64,000 bases of DNA from the NCBI GenBank assembly GCA_041673725.1, contig JBAYXD010000001.1:23760-87759 (forward strand), given 5' to 3'. Shown one piece after another: positions 47,965 through 57,616 of this stretch. How positions within the stretch are numbered: position 1 is the stretch's first letter; every line of letters starts with the position of its first letter. The notes below the pieces were generated by a model. That model did not search any database, was not told the origin of the DNA, and was given only the letters and a program-made list of their open reading frames with translations. The position numbers and the translations under genes are program-made. The DNA is from Bacilli bacterium (GTDB lineage Bacteria > Bacillota_I > Bacilli_A > RFN20 > CAG-826).

Positions 47965-49926
47965 CTATTTTTTAGCTGCTGCATTTACGGGACTAACCAC
48001 TTTAGTGTCTTCGGCAGGTTGTCCATTCTTATGCGCATATTTGAAAATCATTGCGGCATATCCACCCATTTTGACACAAATCTTATGAGGCTTTTCTTCT
48101 GGACCATAATAATAAGACATTAATGGAAGACCATTATAGTTATTAGTTCCACCATAAACATCTTTATCGCTATTAAAGATTTCTTCGTAAGTACCTTCAC
48201 GAGTCAAACCAATATCATAAGATTCATAATAATTTGGAGTCATATTAAAGATAAATACAAGATGACTATCGCCAACTCTTCTTTCAAAAGCAAATACACT
48301 ATCATTCGCATTGTTGACCATCAACCAATTAAAGTGAACTGGATTATATTCTTCAGTGTGCATTGCTGGCTCATGGGCATAAATTAAGTTTAAATCACGA
48401 ATGAGACGTGAAACACTATCGTGTTTTGGGAATCTCTTTAATTCCCATGGTAATGATTTTGTTTCGTTCCATTCATCAAAACTAGCAAGTTCGTTGCCCA
48501 TAAAACTTAACTTCTTTCCTGGGTGAGCATATTGATAGGTATAAAGATTACGAATAAGAGCAAACTTTGTATCATAATCACCATACATTTTATTAATAAT
48601 TGTTCCTTTACCATGAACGACTTCATCGTGGCTTAAAGGCAACAAGAAGTTTTCACTATAAAAGTACATCATTGAGAAAGTAATTTTATTATGTTCCCAC
48701 TTCTTATAAACTGGGTCTTTAGCGTAATACTTTAAAGTATCGTTCATCCACCCTAGATCCCATTTATAATCAAATCCTAAACCACCATATTCAAGAGCAC
48801 GAGTAGTTCCATTATAATCAGTACTATCTTCAGCTATCATCATAACACTTGGGTGTTTATAATGAATTTTGCCATTCAATCTACGAATAAACTCGGTACC
48901 ACCCGTATTTTCACCTCTTTGTTTATTTCCTTCCCAATAAATAATATTACTAACTGCATCAACACGAATACCATCCATATGAAAGTATTCAAGAAAATAA
49001 TTCATTGCAGACATTAAGAAGCTTCTAACTGGATCTTTTCCAAGATCAAATTGGAGTGAACCCCATGGTGAATACATGTGTTCATTGCCATATTCATATT
49101 GGCAACTTCCATCAAAATGATTTAATGCCCAACTATCAACAGCAAAATGCACAGGTGCGAAATCCAAAATTACACCAATTCCAGCTTGATGCATTCGGTC
49201 CACAAAGGACATGAGTTGCATTGGGTTTCCATAAGTTGAATCAACACTAAAGAAACCAGTGGCTTGATAGCCCCAACTACCTTCAAATGGATATTGAGTA
49301 ATAGGCATTATTTCAATATGGGTATATCCAAGTCCTTTTAGATAAGGAATTAAGTAATCAGCAATTTCTTCATACGATAAGAAACGTCCATCAACTTTAC
49401 CTTTCCAACTTCCCAAATGCATTTCATAAATAGACATTGGTTCATCAAAATTTCTACTTCTGCTATTTAAGAATGGGCGATCATGCCATATAAATCCTTC
49501 GATATTAAATAGTCTTGAGCAACTTCCTGGTCGATATTCACTAAAGAATGCAAATGGATCGGCTTTATCAACGTATTCTCCATTACAATTTTTAAAATGA
49601 TATTTATAGAAAGCGTAATTATGTAAGTTTGGTATAAATATTTCAAATACACCGCAATCATCAATCTTTTTCATCTTACTAGTTTTTGGATCCCAATTAT
49701 TAAAATCACCAATAACTGAAACATCACTAGCAAGAGGCGCATATAGTCTAAAGACTACTCCATCAACAAGTCTCATACTTGTTGCTTTTTTCGTTTTTGT
49801 TGGATCTTTTTTAAGTGGTATGTCAATTATAACTTCGACCTTTTGCTTAACAAAATGTGCACCAAAATACGAATAAGCTTCAATTGTTTGTCCAGACAAA
49901 TAATCAGCTAAAATTCCGTATGCCAT
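47965..49926 (-). CDS. glgB: 1,4-alpha-glucan branching enzyme (GH13_9)
   Basis: 653 aa; N-terminal CBM48-like region, GH13 catalytic regions (GIGVILDFAPVH, MDGIRVDAVSNIIY). Confidence 0.9.
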   Translation of the reverse strand: MAYGILADYLSGQTIEAYSYFGAHFVKQKVEVIIDIPLKKDPTKTKKATSMRLVDGVVFRLYAPLASDVSVIGDFNNWDPKTSKMKKIDDCGVFEIFIPNLHNYAFYKYHFKNCNGEYVDKADPFAFFSEYRPGSCSRLFNIEGFIWHDRPFLNSRSRNFDEPMSIYEMHLGSWKGKVDGRFLSYEEIADYLIPYLKGLGYTHIEIMPITQYPFEGSWGYQATGFFSVDSTYGNPMQLMSFVDRMHQAGIGVILDFAPVHFAVDSWALNHFDGSCQYEYGNEHMYSPWGSLQFDLGKDPVRSFLMSAMNYFLEYFHMDGIRVDAVSNIIYWEGNKQRGENTGGTEFIRRLNGKIHYKHPSVMMIAEDSTDYNGTTRALEYGGLGFDYKWDLGWMNDTLKYYAKDPVYKKWEHNKITFSMMYFYSENFLLPLSHDEVVHGKGTIINKMYGDYDTKFALIRNLYTYQYAHPGKKLSFMGNELASFDEWNETKSLPWELKRFPKHDSVSRLIRDLNLIYAHEPAMHTEEYNPVHFNWLMVNNANDSVFAFERRVGDSHLVFIFNMTPNYYESYDIGLTREGTYEEIFNSDKDVYGGTNNYNGLPLMSYYYGPEEKPHKICVKMGGYAAMIFKYAHKNGQPAEDTKVVSPVNAAAKK

Positions 49927-50029
49927 ATTTGCTCCTTCATCTACCTATTATTTTACTAGATATATTAGTAATTTTACATATAGAAAACGTGTTTTTTTCA
50001 CTTTGCAAAAATACTTACAGAAAATTTAC

Positions 50030-50071
50030 ATAAAGAAAAAGACTAGAACAATTTATTATCGTTCTAGTCTT
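50030..50071 (-). terminator. intrinsic terminator after the PHP gene
   Basis: minus-strand stem AGACTAGAAC-loop-GTTCTAGTCT followed by TTTTTCTTT; overlaps the PHP stop codon. Confidence 0.5.
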
Positions 50072-50876
50072 TACAATTCATATTAATCATTTTCAAATCT
50101 TCAACAAGATTAAGGTTATGAACCTTGATAAATTCATAGGCAAAATCTAATTTATTATCAATTAAGTCTTGTGGGCGGTGGGCGTCTATCCCTATAACAC
50201 ATTTTACATGGTATTGACTCGCTATTTCCCAGAAATAATGATTTGGGTATGGATTAGTTCCTTTAAGTTGTGAATGAAGGTTTGCATAACCAAATCCACC
50301 AAGATTTAATTCAAGAGGAATATCATACTTTATGCTAGCTTCGCAAATATCTTTACACACTTCTTCTATTTCAGGAGTAATCTTAGTGACATCAGTCATA
50401 AATATATCAGGATGACAAACATATAAAAATAATCCAGTTTCCATCCCTTTAATTAAATCATCTTTATATTGTCTAATTCCATCGATATCATCAAGTCCAT
50501 TATAATAGTAAACTGGTTTGCCTTTCGCATCATAAACTAAATGTTGGCCAAGAATTAAATAATCAAACCCTTTTTCTTGAAGTAAAAATCGATAAAAACC
50601 ATAAAAATTTTCTTGATATTCAATTTCAAAGCCTAATTTAATATCAATCTTTCTACGATATTTCTTCCTTAAACTTAGAACACTATTAATATAATTATCA
50701 AGTTCACTATAATTTCCTCGCATATGTTCATGAACAATATTAGGAAAAAAAGCATGATCACTAAAACCTAAAGTTTTAAATCCTGCTTTTATAGCGCATT
50801 TGACGTATTCTTCATCAGTGCCAGTTGCATGTCCGCAACGATAAGTATGTGTATGCATATTGTAATTAATTCTCAC
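50064..50876 (-). CDS. PHP-domain metal-dependent phosphoesterase (HisJ-type histidinol-phosphatase family)
   Basis: N-terminal HTHTYRCGHATGTDEEYV...GFSDHA PHP motifs, 270 aa. Confidence 0.75.
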   Translation of the reverse strand: MRINYNMHTHTYRCGHATGTDEEYVKCAIKAGFKTLGFSDHAFFPNIVHEHMRGNYSELDNYINSVLSLRKKYRRKIDIKLGFEIEYQENFYGFYRFLLQEKGFDYLILGQHLVYDAKGKPVYYYNGLDDIDGIRQYKDDLIKGMETGLFLYVCHPDIFMTDVTKITPEIEEVCKDICEASIKYDIPLELNLGGFGYANLHSQLKGTNPYPNHYFWEIASQYHVKCVIGIDAHRPQDLIDNKLDFAYEFIKVHNLNLVEDLKMINMNCKD

Positions 50877-50939
50877 CCCTAAATAATATCACAACTACTA
50901 TTATCTTTTAAAATAAATACTAGAAAATTACTAATAAAA

Positions 50940-50963
50940 AACATCAACCGAAGTTGATGTTAT
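50940..50963 (-). terminator. terminator hairpin after the small ORF
   Basis: minus-strand CATCAAC-ttcg-GTTGATG followed by TTTTT. Confidence 0.45.
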
Positions 50964-50969
50964 CATCAA

Positions 50970-51125
50970 TTAGTCTTGTTGATCTTTGTTATCGTTGTAA
51001 ATCTTGAACAAACAAGCATTTGGGGTAAATTGTCCAATATATGGTGTTCCAACATTGCCGATACATACTAGTTCGTAATCTTGATTTTCATCATAACTTT
51101 CATTTTCATAATCTTCTACAAACAT
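50970..51125 (-). CDS. small hypothetical protein (51 aa)
   Basis: RBS AAGGAGG 9 nt before ATG (MFVEDYENESYDEN...); acidic N-terminus; followed by a terminator. Confidence 0.35.
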   Translation of the reverse strand: MFVEDYENESYDENQDYELVCIGNVGTPYIGQFTPNACLFKIYNDNKDQQD

Positions 51126-51206
51126 ATTCAATTTCCTCCTTGCATTTTCAATTTTAGGAGAAAAAAAATTAAAAACAAGAATATTGTCGACCACATCGAA
51201 TGAATA

Positions 51207-51220
51207 TAAGCGCTTTCAGT
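51207..51220. promoter_or_regulatory. possible cre-like element (one mismatch to consensus) upstream of the small ORF
   Basis: TATAAGCGCTTTCA, reverse complement TGAAAGCGCTTATA versus consensus TGWAANCGNTNWCA. Confidence 0.25.
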
Positions 51221-51305
51221 AACCGCTTACAATTAAAAATGTTAGGAATACAGCCTATTTAAATTACAAGAATTCAGAAATTATGAAAGTGTTTTCAAAA
51301 AAAAC

Positions 51306-52022
51306 TTAATTTCCACTATAAACATATTGAGCATTAAAAGTAGTTGAAATCTTGTATCCAGAATTTGTAAGCGATTTGACTTCCATATTTGAAGAAACAA
51401 GCATTCCGTATGTATCTACAACAAAAATATTATTAATAATATAATCTTTTTTAGTTAAATCATTTTCAAGATTATATGTTAATAACGTTTTATCATTATT
51501 TAATGAAAAATTATTATAATAATCTGTAGCATTAATGATTAGATTATCTCCGTAATACTTACCATACATATGGTATCCACTTTGATTTTCGGTATAAAAA
51601 TAGCTTCTAATATTCTCTTTAATACTATCTTTCATTGTTAGCGGATCTTTTATTTCACCATTTTCTTTAATGATTGATGACAAATTATTATTTTCATCAC
51701 AAGAATCTTCTTCAAAATAAGTTTTTAAGTTGTTTTCAATATAATTCCCAACATATGTCGCATTTTTTTTATAATAAAGAGAATTGGAATTCCATGAAAA
51801 GGAAATTTCATATTCGCTTGAACCTAATATTTCTTCACCATCATAATCCACTTGTTTAAAATAACAAGACCCGGATTGAGTCGATTTTTCAGTTTTCTCA
51901 TACTCAAAAGAATCGATAAAATCTTTTATATCGCCTTCAGGCATTGAAGAACTTCCACAACTAACCAAAAGCAAAGATGACAACACTATTAACAATTTTT
52001 TATATAATTTCTTTTTAATCAT
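51306..52022 (-). CDS. hypothetical lipoprotein
   Basis: start refined to MIKKKLYKKLLIVLSSLLLVSCGSS (lipobox LVSC); Asn/Tyr-rich mature part, no family recognised. Confidence 0.5.
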   Translation of the reverse strand: MIKKKLYKKLLIVLSSLLLVSCGSSSMPEGDIKDFIDSFEYEKTEKSTQSGSCYFKQVDYDGEEILGSSEYEISFSWNSNSLYYKKNATYVGNYIENNLKTYFEEDSCDENNNLSSIIKENGEIKDPLTMKDSIKENIRSYFYTENQSGYHMYGKYYGDNLIINATDYYNNFSLNNDKTLLTYNLENDLTKKDYIINNIFVVDTYGMLVSSNMEVKSLTNSGYKISTTFNAQYVYSGN

Positions 52023-52023
52023 C

Positions 52024-52590
52024 TTACAAATTATACTCATAAACACAGTTGCCGTAAATACATTCATTATCTGCAGAATTATAGGCATTTATAGTTGAAA
52101 AATTCTCGCTAAGTAAATAACCATTTTTGTCATAATCAATAGAAGCATTCCACTTTGCGCTCATTTCCATCCCAAAACGATTAATAATCAATCTTTTGTT
52201 GCAAGAAAACACTTTAAAAGATAAACCATCATCTTGCTGATAAATATAAACATTATAAATAGACGTTTGAGATAGAAATCTATTCTTTATTGCAAGGTAA
52301 GAATCTTCCCAATTAGCTGAATTAATATGAGTTGGCAGCGATAAATAAAATGATTTGTTAGTGTCGACATAATCAATATTCTCTTCACTTACATCATAAG
52401 ATCCAATATTTTTTGCAAGAAAATTCATTTTTCCTTTGCGACTATAGGTTTTATAATCTAAATCAACAAAATTATTAACGATAGTTAAAGCTTCATTTTC
52501 ATTTATATCATCACCATTTGAATTAGCAGAACATGAAAATATCAAAGGTATAGTCATCAATAACAAAATATTTTTAAAATACTTTTTCAT
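52024..52590 (-). CDS. hypothetical lipoprotein
   Basis: signal peptide plus lipobox IFSC (MKKYFKNILLLMTIPLIFSCSANS), 188 aa. Confidence 0.55.
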   Translation of the reverse strand: MKKYFKNILLLMTIPLIFSCSANSNGDDINENEALTIVNNFVDLDYKTYSRKGKMNFLAKNIGSYDVSEENIDYVDTNKSFYLSLPTHINSANWEDSYLAIKNRFLSQTSIYNVYIYQQDDGLSFKVFSCNKRLIINRFGMEMSAKWNASIDYDKNGYLLSENFSTINAYNSADNECIYGNCVYEYNL

Positions 52591-52598
52591 AAATCCTC

Positions 52599-55136
52599 CT
52601 AATAAATTCTTAATCCAATTCCCTTTTCAGTAATTTGAATTCTAGTAATATCAAACTTTAAATTAATCTTCTCCCCTACTTTAAGTTTTTCTTTTAAAAT
52701 ACAATAAATTTGTTTTGGTTCACCATCAAAATTAATCTTACAATTATAGTAAATCTTTCCGTTAACAATTTGGCTGCCTTCAACAACTGCATCGAAGCCA
52801 TCTTTATCAATTCTATAAGCATTATGAGGTATTTCTAATAAATAAGTTTTACTAAATACTTTTGTTCCAAGACTTTGAACCATTTTATTTGAAATAATTT
52901 CAGTTGATTCAACGTATTTCTTACCGAATTTAAAGAAGAATAATTGATCTTGTTTTAAAATATCATTATTTTCTTCAACACTTAATTCTTTATCTTTATG
53001 TTTGAACTCGCTGCTCAAATATGATGCATAATTTTCATCAACTTTAAACTTCTTCTTCATCTTAACTAATTCAGCTTTAAGTGCTGCGTTTTCACGCTTA
53101 TAATAACCATTAGTACTATTTACATTAGTTTCATAAACAATTGATTCTTCGTTTATACGTCGTGTAAGTTCGTTATTTCTTTCTTTTGGTAAATTGTCTT
53201 TATAATTTTTATGTTCTTCTCTTCTCTTGCGTCCTTCCTCTTTATCTGTATTAATCTCAACAAATTTCTTATAAGACGCTTTCTCTTCTTCTTTTAAATT
53301 ATCATAAAGAACATTTACTTCATTCTTAATAGAAACAAGTTTCTCTTTGTGAGCTTTATTGAAAGTATTAATTTTAGTTTTTTGTTCAACTTTATTGCAG
53401 GTTATTGCTTTTTCAACTTTGTCTTTTTCTAACAAATAGGCTTTATCATCTTTTTCTTTTAGTTCAACATTATTTATTTTTTGTGCATCTAAAATCTTCT
53501 TTTCATATTCTTTTTTGAGAACAGATTTTTTAGATTCATATTCTTTTTTTGTATCTAAAATTCTGTTTTCAATAATTTCTTTATAACCACTTAAATCATT
53601 CTTAGCAGTAAAATAATTGATAAATGAACCGTTAATACTATCGAATTCTGGCATAGGTTGAATCAAAGATTCTTTCTCATTTTTAACAAGAATTTGTGTG
53701 TAGTCAAAATCAAATTTAACTGTTGAGCCAATCTTATAGTCTTTGTTGGCTATGCTAAAAAGTAGTCTATTCCCAACTTTAATATAAACGAGTTTTTTAT
53801 TTCCAATTGTTTCAAAATTGATAATTTTACCATCAAAAGGACCATCATCAAGAATAATTGAGTTTGAATTAATAAACAACTCACCTTCACCATCTTTAGC
53901 TTTAATTGATAATGGAAGTTTAATTTTTAAGTCGCCAATAACGATGCTTTGTTTTTCAACTTTGCAATTCAAGACATTAATTTCAGGAAGTCTTGGCATC
54001 ACAGACTCTTCTGTTGATTTATCAAAAATATGACATTTTTTCAGATTTAAAACAGCTTTTACAATTTGTCCTGGTTTGAAATCATAAGTTGATGTCCCCT
54101 TAACAATTACTCTTGTAGATGTTTCGCCAAAACCATCACCATTAAGATCTGTATCAGCATAGATTAGAGTTTCGTTGCCAAGTTCTTCAAAATGAGATAT
54201 TTTTACATCAATTGCAGACTTATCATTTTTAGTTTTTTCTGGGTCAACTGTAATATCCTCACATCTTAAACCAACATAAACAAGGTGCTTATTATCTAAA
54301 TAAATAGGTTGAAGTTTTAATAAATCATCATGAGGAACTTCAATTTTTGCATTACTATATTTAAAATTAAAACTAATTAAATCTTTTGCACTTGAAAGTG
54401 TTGCTTCAAAAAAGTTCATTTGTGGAGTTCCAATAAACCCTGCAACGAATTTGTTATTAGGATAATCATAAAGATTTTTTGGAGTATCTATTTGTTGAAT
54501 ACGTCCACTCTTCATAACAACAACACGAGTTCCAAGGGTCATTGCTTCAACTTGATCGTGAGTAACATAAACAAATGTAGTTTTTAATTCTTCATGCAAC
54601 TTTGCAATTTCACTTCTCATTTGAGCACGTAATTTTGCATCCAAATTGCTCAATGGTTCATCTAAAAGCATAACTTTTGGATTTCTTAAAATAGCACGTC
54701 CTAAGGCGACTCTTTGACGTTGACCACCACTCATTGCTTTTGGTTTTCTATCCAAATAATCGTTTAAACCTAAAATATTTGATGCCCATAAAACTTTCTG
54801 ATGAATAATATCGTTTGGTACATGACGTAATTGAAGGCCAAAAGCCATATTTTCATAAACTGTCATATGTGGGTACAATGCATAGTTTTGGAAAACCATT
54901 GCGATATCTCTATCTTTTGGTTCAACATCATTTACAATTTTTCCATCAATATACAATTCACCAGCACTTATATCTTCAAGTCCAGCAATCATTCTTAAAG
55001 TTGTGGACTTTCCACATCCAGATGGACCCACAAGAACAATGAACTCCTTATCTTCAATGTTCATTGTAAAATCGCTTACTGCTTTTGTCCCATTTGGATA
55101 AACCTTATAAATGTGTTCTAATCTTAAATCTGCCAT
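52599..55136 (-). CDS. MalK/MsmK-type sugar ABC transporter ATPase with about 470 aa C-terminal extension
   Basis: Walker A GPSGCGKST, Q-loop, signature MSGGQRQRVALGRA, Walker B VMLLDEPLSNLD, H-loop; then a TOBE-like region, a second beta-rich region, about 160 aa Lys/Glu-rich probable coiled coil, and a terminal beta-rich domain. Confidence 0.8.
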   Translation of the reverse strand: MADLRLEHIYKVYPNGTKAVSDFTMNIEDKEFIVLVGPSGCGKSTTLRMIAGLEDISAGELYIDGKIVNDVEPKDRDIAMVFQNYALYPHMTVYENMAFGLQLRHVPNDIIHQKVLWASNILGLNDYLDRKPKAMSGGQRQRVALGRAILRNPKVMLLDEPLSNLDAKLRAQMRSEIAKLHEELKTTFVYVTHDQVEAMTLGTRVVVMKSGRIQQIDTPKNLYDYPNNKFVAGFIGTPQMNFFEATLSSAKDLISFNFKYSNAKIEVPHDDLLKLQPIYLDNKHLVYVGLRCEDITVDPEKTKNDKSAIDVKISHFEELGNETLIYADTDLNGDGFGETSTRVIVKGTSTYDFKPGQIVKAVLNLKKCHIFDKSTEESVMPRLPEINVLNCKVEKQSIVIGDLKIKLPLSIKAKDGEGELFINSNSIILDDGPFDGKIINFETIGNKKLVYIKVGNRLLFSIANKDYKIGSTVKFDFDYTQILVKNEKESLIQPMPEFDSINGSFINYFTAKNDLSGYKEIIENRILDTKKEYESKKSVLKKEYEKKILDAQKINNVELKEKDDKAYLLEKDKVEKAITCNKVEQKTKINTFNKAHKEKLVSIKNEVNVLYDNLKEEEKASYKKFVEINTDKEEGRKRREEHKNYKDNLPKERNNELTRRINEESIVYETNVNSTNGYYKRENAALKAELVKMKKKFKVDENYASYLSSEFKHKDKELSVEENNDILKQDQLFFFKFGKKYVESTEIISNKMVQSLGTKVFSKTYLLEIPHNAYRIDKDGFDAVVEGSQIVNGKIYYNCKINFDGEPKQIYCILKEKLKVGEKINLKFDITRIQITEKGIGLRIY

Positions 55137-55148
55137 ACTTTTGTCCTC

Positions 55149-56747
55149 CTATTTAATTAAAGCTATTCCATGTGGCGGAATATTAATATTGTTATTCTTA
55201 AGTCTTCCAACATAACTATTACTTTTATCAATAACTAATTCATTAATCACTTCACTAAAACCATAATCCTCTATATTTACTTCTAAATTCTCTTTTTCAT
55301 TATAATTGATTATAAATCCGATTGTTGAATCATCATAACTTTTCTTAAAAACAAGTTTTTTCAGGTCTGAATCAGCATCCACTAGTTCTGGTATTCCCCT
55401 ACTAATTGCCGGATATTTATTTCTTAAATAATTTGCTCTTTTATAATAATTTAAAATGCTATCCTCATTATTGATTTGCTCATCAACTGTCCCAAATACA
55501 TACTTAGCAACAGTAGTTCCAACTGGATTTTTACATAAAGTATTCGAATTCCAATTCATGGCAATTCTAACATTTTGATCACAAGCATTATCACCTTTAT
55601 TTGTTCCTACCATTCCAATCTCATCACCATAATATGTAAAAGCTGAACCATTGAGCATTGATAATAAACCGAATAAAAACTTTGTATTATCATCCGATGA
55701 TTCTAAAGCAATTCTAGGTGTATCATGATTGCATAAAAATGGAGCAGGAATATACTTTTCAGTAATTAAATAGTTGCTTTCTAGTCCTCTATAATATGTT
55801 TTTAACCATCCACCTTCCATATTTAAACTATTAACAATAAACCCAGTCGAACCATACGATTCAAAGTTAAAGAAACTATCCAATTCACTTTTATAGTAAT
55901 CACTAATAACTGAATAACTATCCCAACATTCGCCAATAACATAAATGTTCTTGTTCAGCGTTCTGCAATACTTAATTAAATCATTTAAGAAAGAAATATT
56001 CTTGCTATCGCTGTTTATAAAATAATACTTAACTGCATCTAATCTAAAACCATCAATTCCCATATCAACATAATATTTAATTATTTTTTTAAATTCGTTT
56101 TGAACATATATTGAATTACAATTAAATTCTGGCATATCGCTAGAAAAGTTACCTTCGTAATAGAAATTTTCATTAGGAACTTGATATGTTTTGATGTTTT
56201 TTTGTGGTTCTAAATAAAAATTATAAAAATCTTTAAATTCATCCTCTTCAGTAGTCAAAGTGATACCTTTAAGATATTTAGAATAAGCTTTTGTTGCTTT
56301 TATAAAATATTCGTTTGTAATTGAACTATGATTTAAAACCAAATCTAGAATTAATCTAATGTTTCGTTTATGGCATTCCTTAATTAAATTCTTTAAATCA
56401 TCAATCGTTCCATAACTAGAATCAATTTCATAATAATTAGCAACATCATATTTATGATATGATGGCGAAGAATTGATAGGCATTAACCAAATGCCTGTAT
56501 ATCCAAGTGATTGAATATAGTCTAATTTAGAAGCTACACCATTAAGGTCACCAATTTTATCATCATTAGAATCACAATAAGATCCAACATAAATTTCATA
56601 ATAATTACGATAATTATCATCAATAATTGTTGGTTGATCTTCATTATATTTAATCTTGTAGCCTAAAATAGAATCGTAACTTTCGCCACAACCAATTAGA
56701 GTACTAGATAATAACATTGTTGAAATTAAACCGAAGATTTTGTTCAT
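55149..56747 (-). CDS. GH13-family alpha-amylase/alpha-glucosidase lipoprotein
   Basis: lipobox LIGC; GH13 regions LVLNHSS, GIDGFRLDAVKYY, GECWD, FLCNHDTPR. Confidence 0.8.
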   Translation of the reverse strand: MNKIFGLISTMLLSSTLIGCGESYDSILGYKIKYNEDQPTIIDDNYRNYYEIYVGSYCDSNDDKIGDLNGVASKLDYIQSLGYTGIWLMPINSSPSYHKYDVANYYEIDSSYGTIDDLKNLIKECHKRNIRLILDLVLNHSSITNEYFIKATKAYSKYLKGITLTTEEDEFKDFYNFYLEPQKNIKTYQVPNENFYYEGNFSSDMPEFNCNSIYVQNEFKKIIKYYVDMGIDGFRLDAVKYYFINSDSKNISFLNDLIKYCRTLNKNIYVIGECWDSYSVISDYYKSELDSFFNFESYGSTGFIVNSLNMEGGWLKTYYRGLESNYLITEKYIPAPFLCNHDTPRIALESSDDNTKFLFGLLSMLNGSAFTYYGDEIGMVGTNKGDNACDQNVRIAMNWNSNTLCKNPVGTTVAKYVFGTVDEQINNEDSILNYYKRANYLRNKYPAISRGIPELVDADSDLKKLVFKKSYDDSTIGFIINYNEKENLEVNIEDYGFSEVINELVIDKSNSYVGRLKNNNINIPPHGIALIK

Positions 56748-56749
56748 AA

Positions 56750-57616
56750 TTATCCTTTTACAGCACCACCAGTAACACCTTCAACATAATATCTTTGCAA
56801 CCAGAAGAATAAAGCCATGATTGGAATCGAGACGAAGACACCACCAGCACAAAATTGTGGAAAATAAACAACACCATTTTCTTTAGTCAACATTTGTTGT
56901 AAGCCAACAGCAACATTGAATAATTCAGCGTGTCCTTGTGCAAGATAGCTAGCAAGCATATAATCACCCCAAGGTGCAGTAAATGCCATTAATATTGTAT
57001 AAACAATAATTGGTTTAGAAAGTGGCATAATTACTCGCCAAAAAATTGTATTCTTATTTGCGCCATCAATCATTGCGGCTTCATCAAGTGATCTAGAAAT
57101 CGTATCAAAAAAACCTTTAGCAATATAATAACCCATTGCACTACCGCCAATATAAACAAGAACTAATCCAAATATATTCCCACTCAATCCAAGAAATTGA
57201 AGAATATAATATGTAACAATCATTCCTAAGAAACCAGGGAACATTGCAATAACTAAAATAATTTTCATGTATCCTTTTCTTGATTTAAATCTTAAACGAG
57301 AGAAAGAATAAGCAGTCATTAAAGTTAATACAGTTTGTAAAACTGAAGTAATTAAAGCAATTACTAAAGTATTTAAAAACCATCTCCAAAATGGGTAAAC
57401 AGTATCCGTAAACAATTTAATATAATTATCAAAAGTAAATTGCTTTGGAATTAAATAAGCCGTAACATACTCTGTGGCAAATGATTGTAAAATCAAATAC
57501 ACGAAAGGTAATACCCAAACAATAGAAAGAACAATTAATACAATATAAATAAGCGTTTTAGAAGAAGCTTCTCTAATCTTTCTTCCATGAAAACTAAATG
57601 CATTTTTATCTAACAT
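56750..57616 (-). CDS. malG: maltodextrin ABC transporter permease (MalG-like)
   Basis: 6 TM, EAA loop DEAAMIDGANKNTIFWRVIMPLSKP. Confidence 0.85.
   Translation of the reverse strand: MLDKNAFSFHGRKIREASSKTLIYIVLIVLSIVWVLPFVYLILQSFATEYVTAYLIPKQFTFDNYIKLFTDTVYPFWRWFLNTLVIALITSVLQTVLTLMTAYSFSRLRFKSRKGYMKIILVIAMFPGFLGMIVTYYILQFLGLSGNIFGLVLVYIGGSAMGYYIAKGFFDTISRSLDEAAMIDGANKNTIFWRVIMPLSKPIIVYTILMAFTAPWGDYMLASYLAQGHAELFNVAVGLQQMLTKENGVVYFPQFCAGGVFVSIPIMALFFWLQRYYVEGVTGGAVKG

Noticed and set aside
51195-51240. Imperfect palindrome TAAGCG-N11-CGCTTA considered as a terminator for the upstream lipoprotein gene
   Set aside because: The stem is only 6 bp with an 11-nt loop and no trailing T-run on the minus strand. 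It is better explained as a degenerate cre-like element, reported at low confidence.
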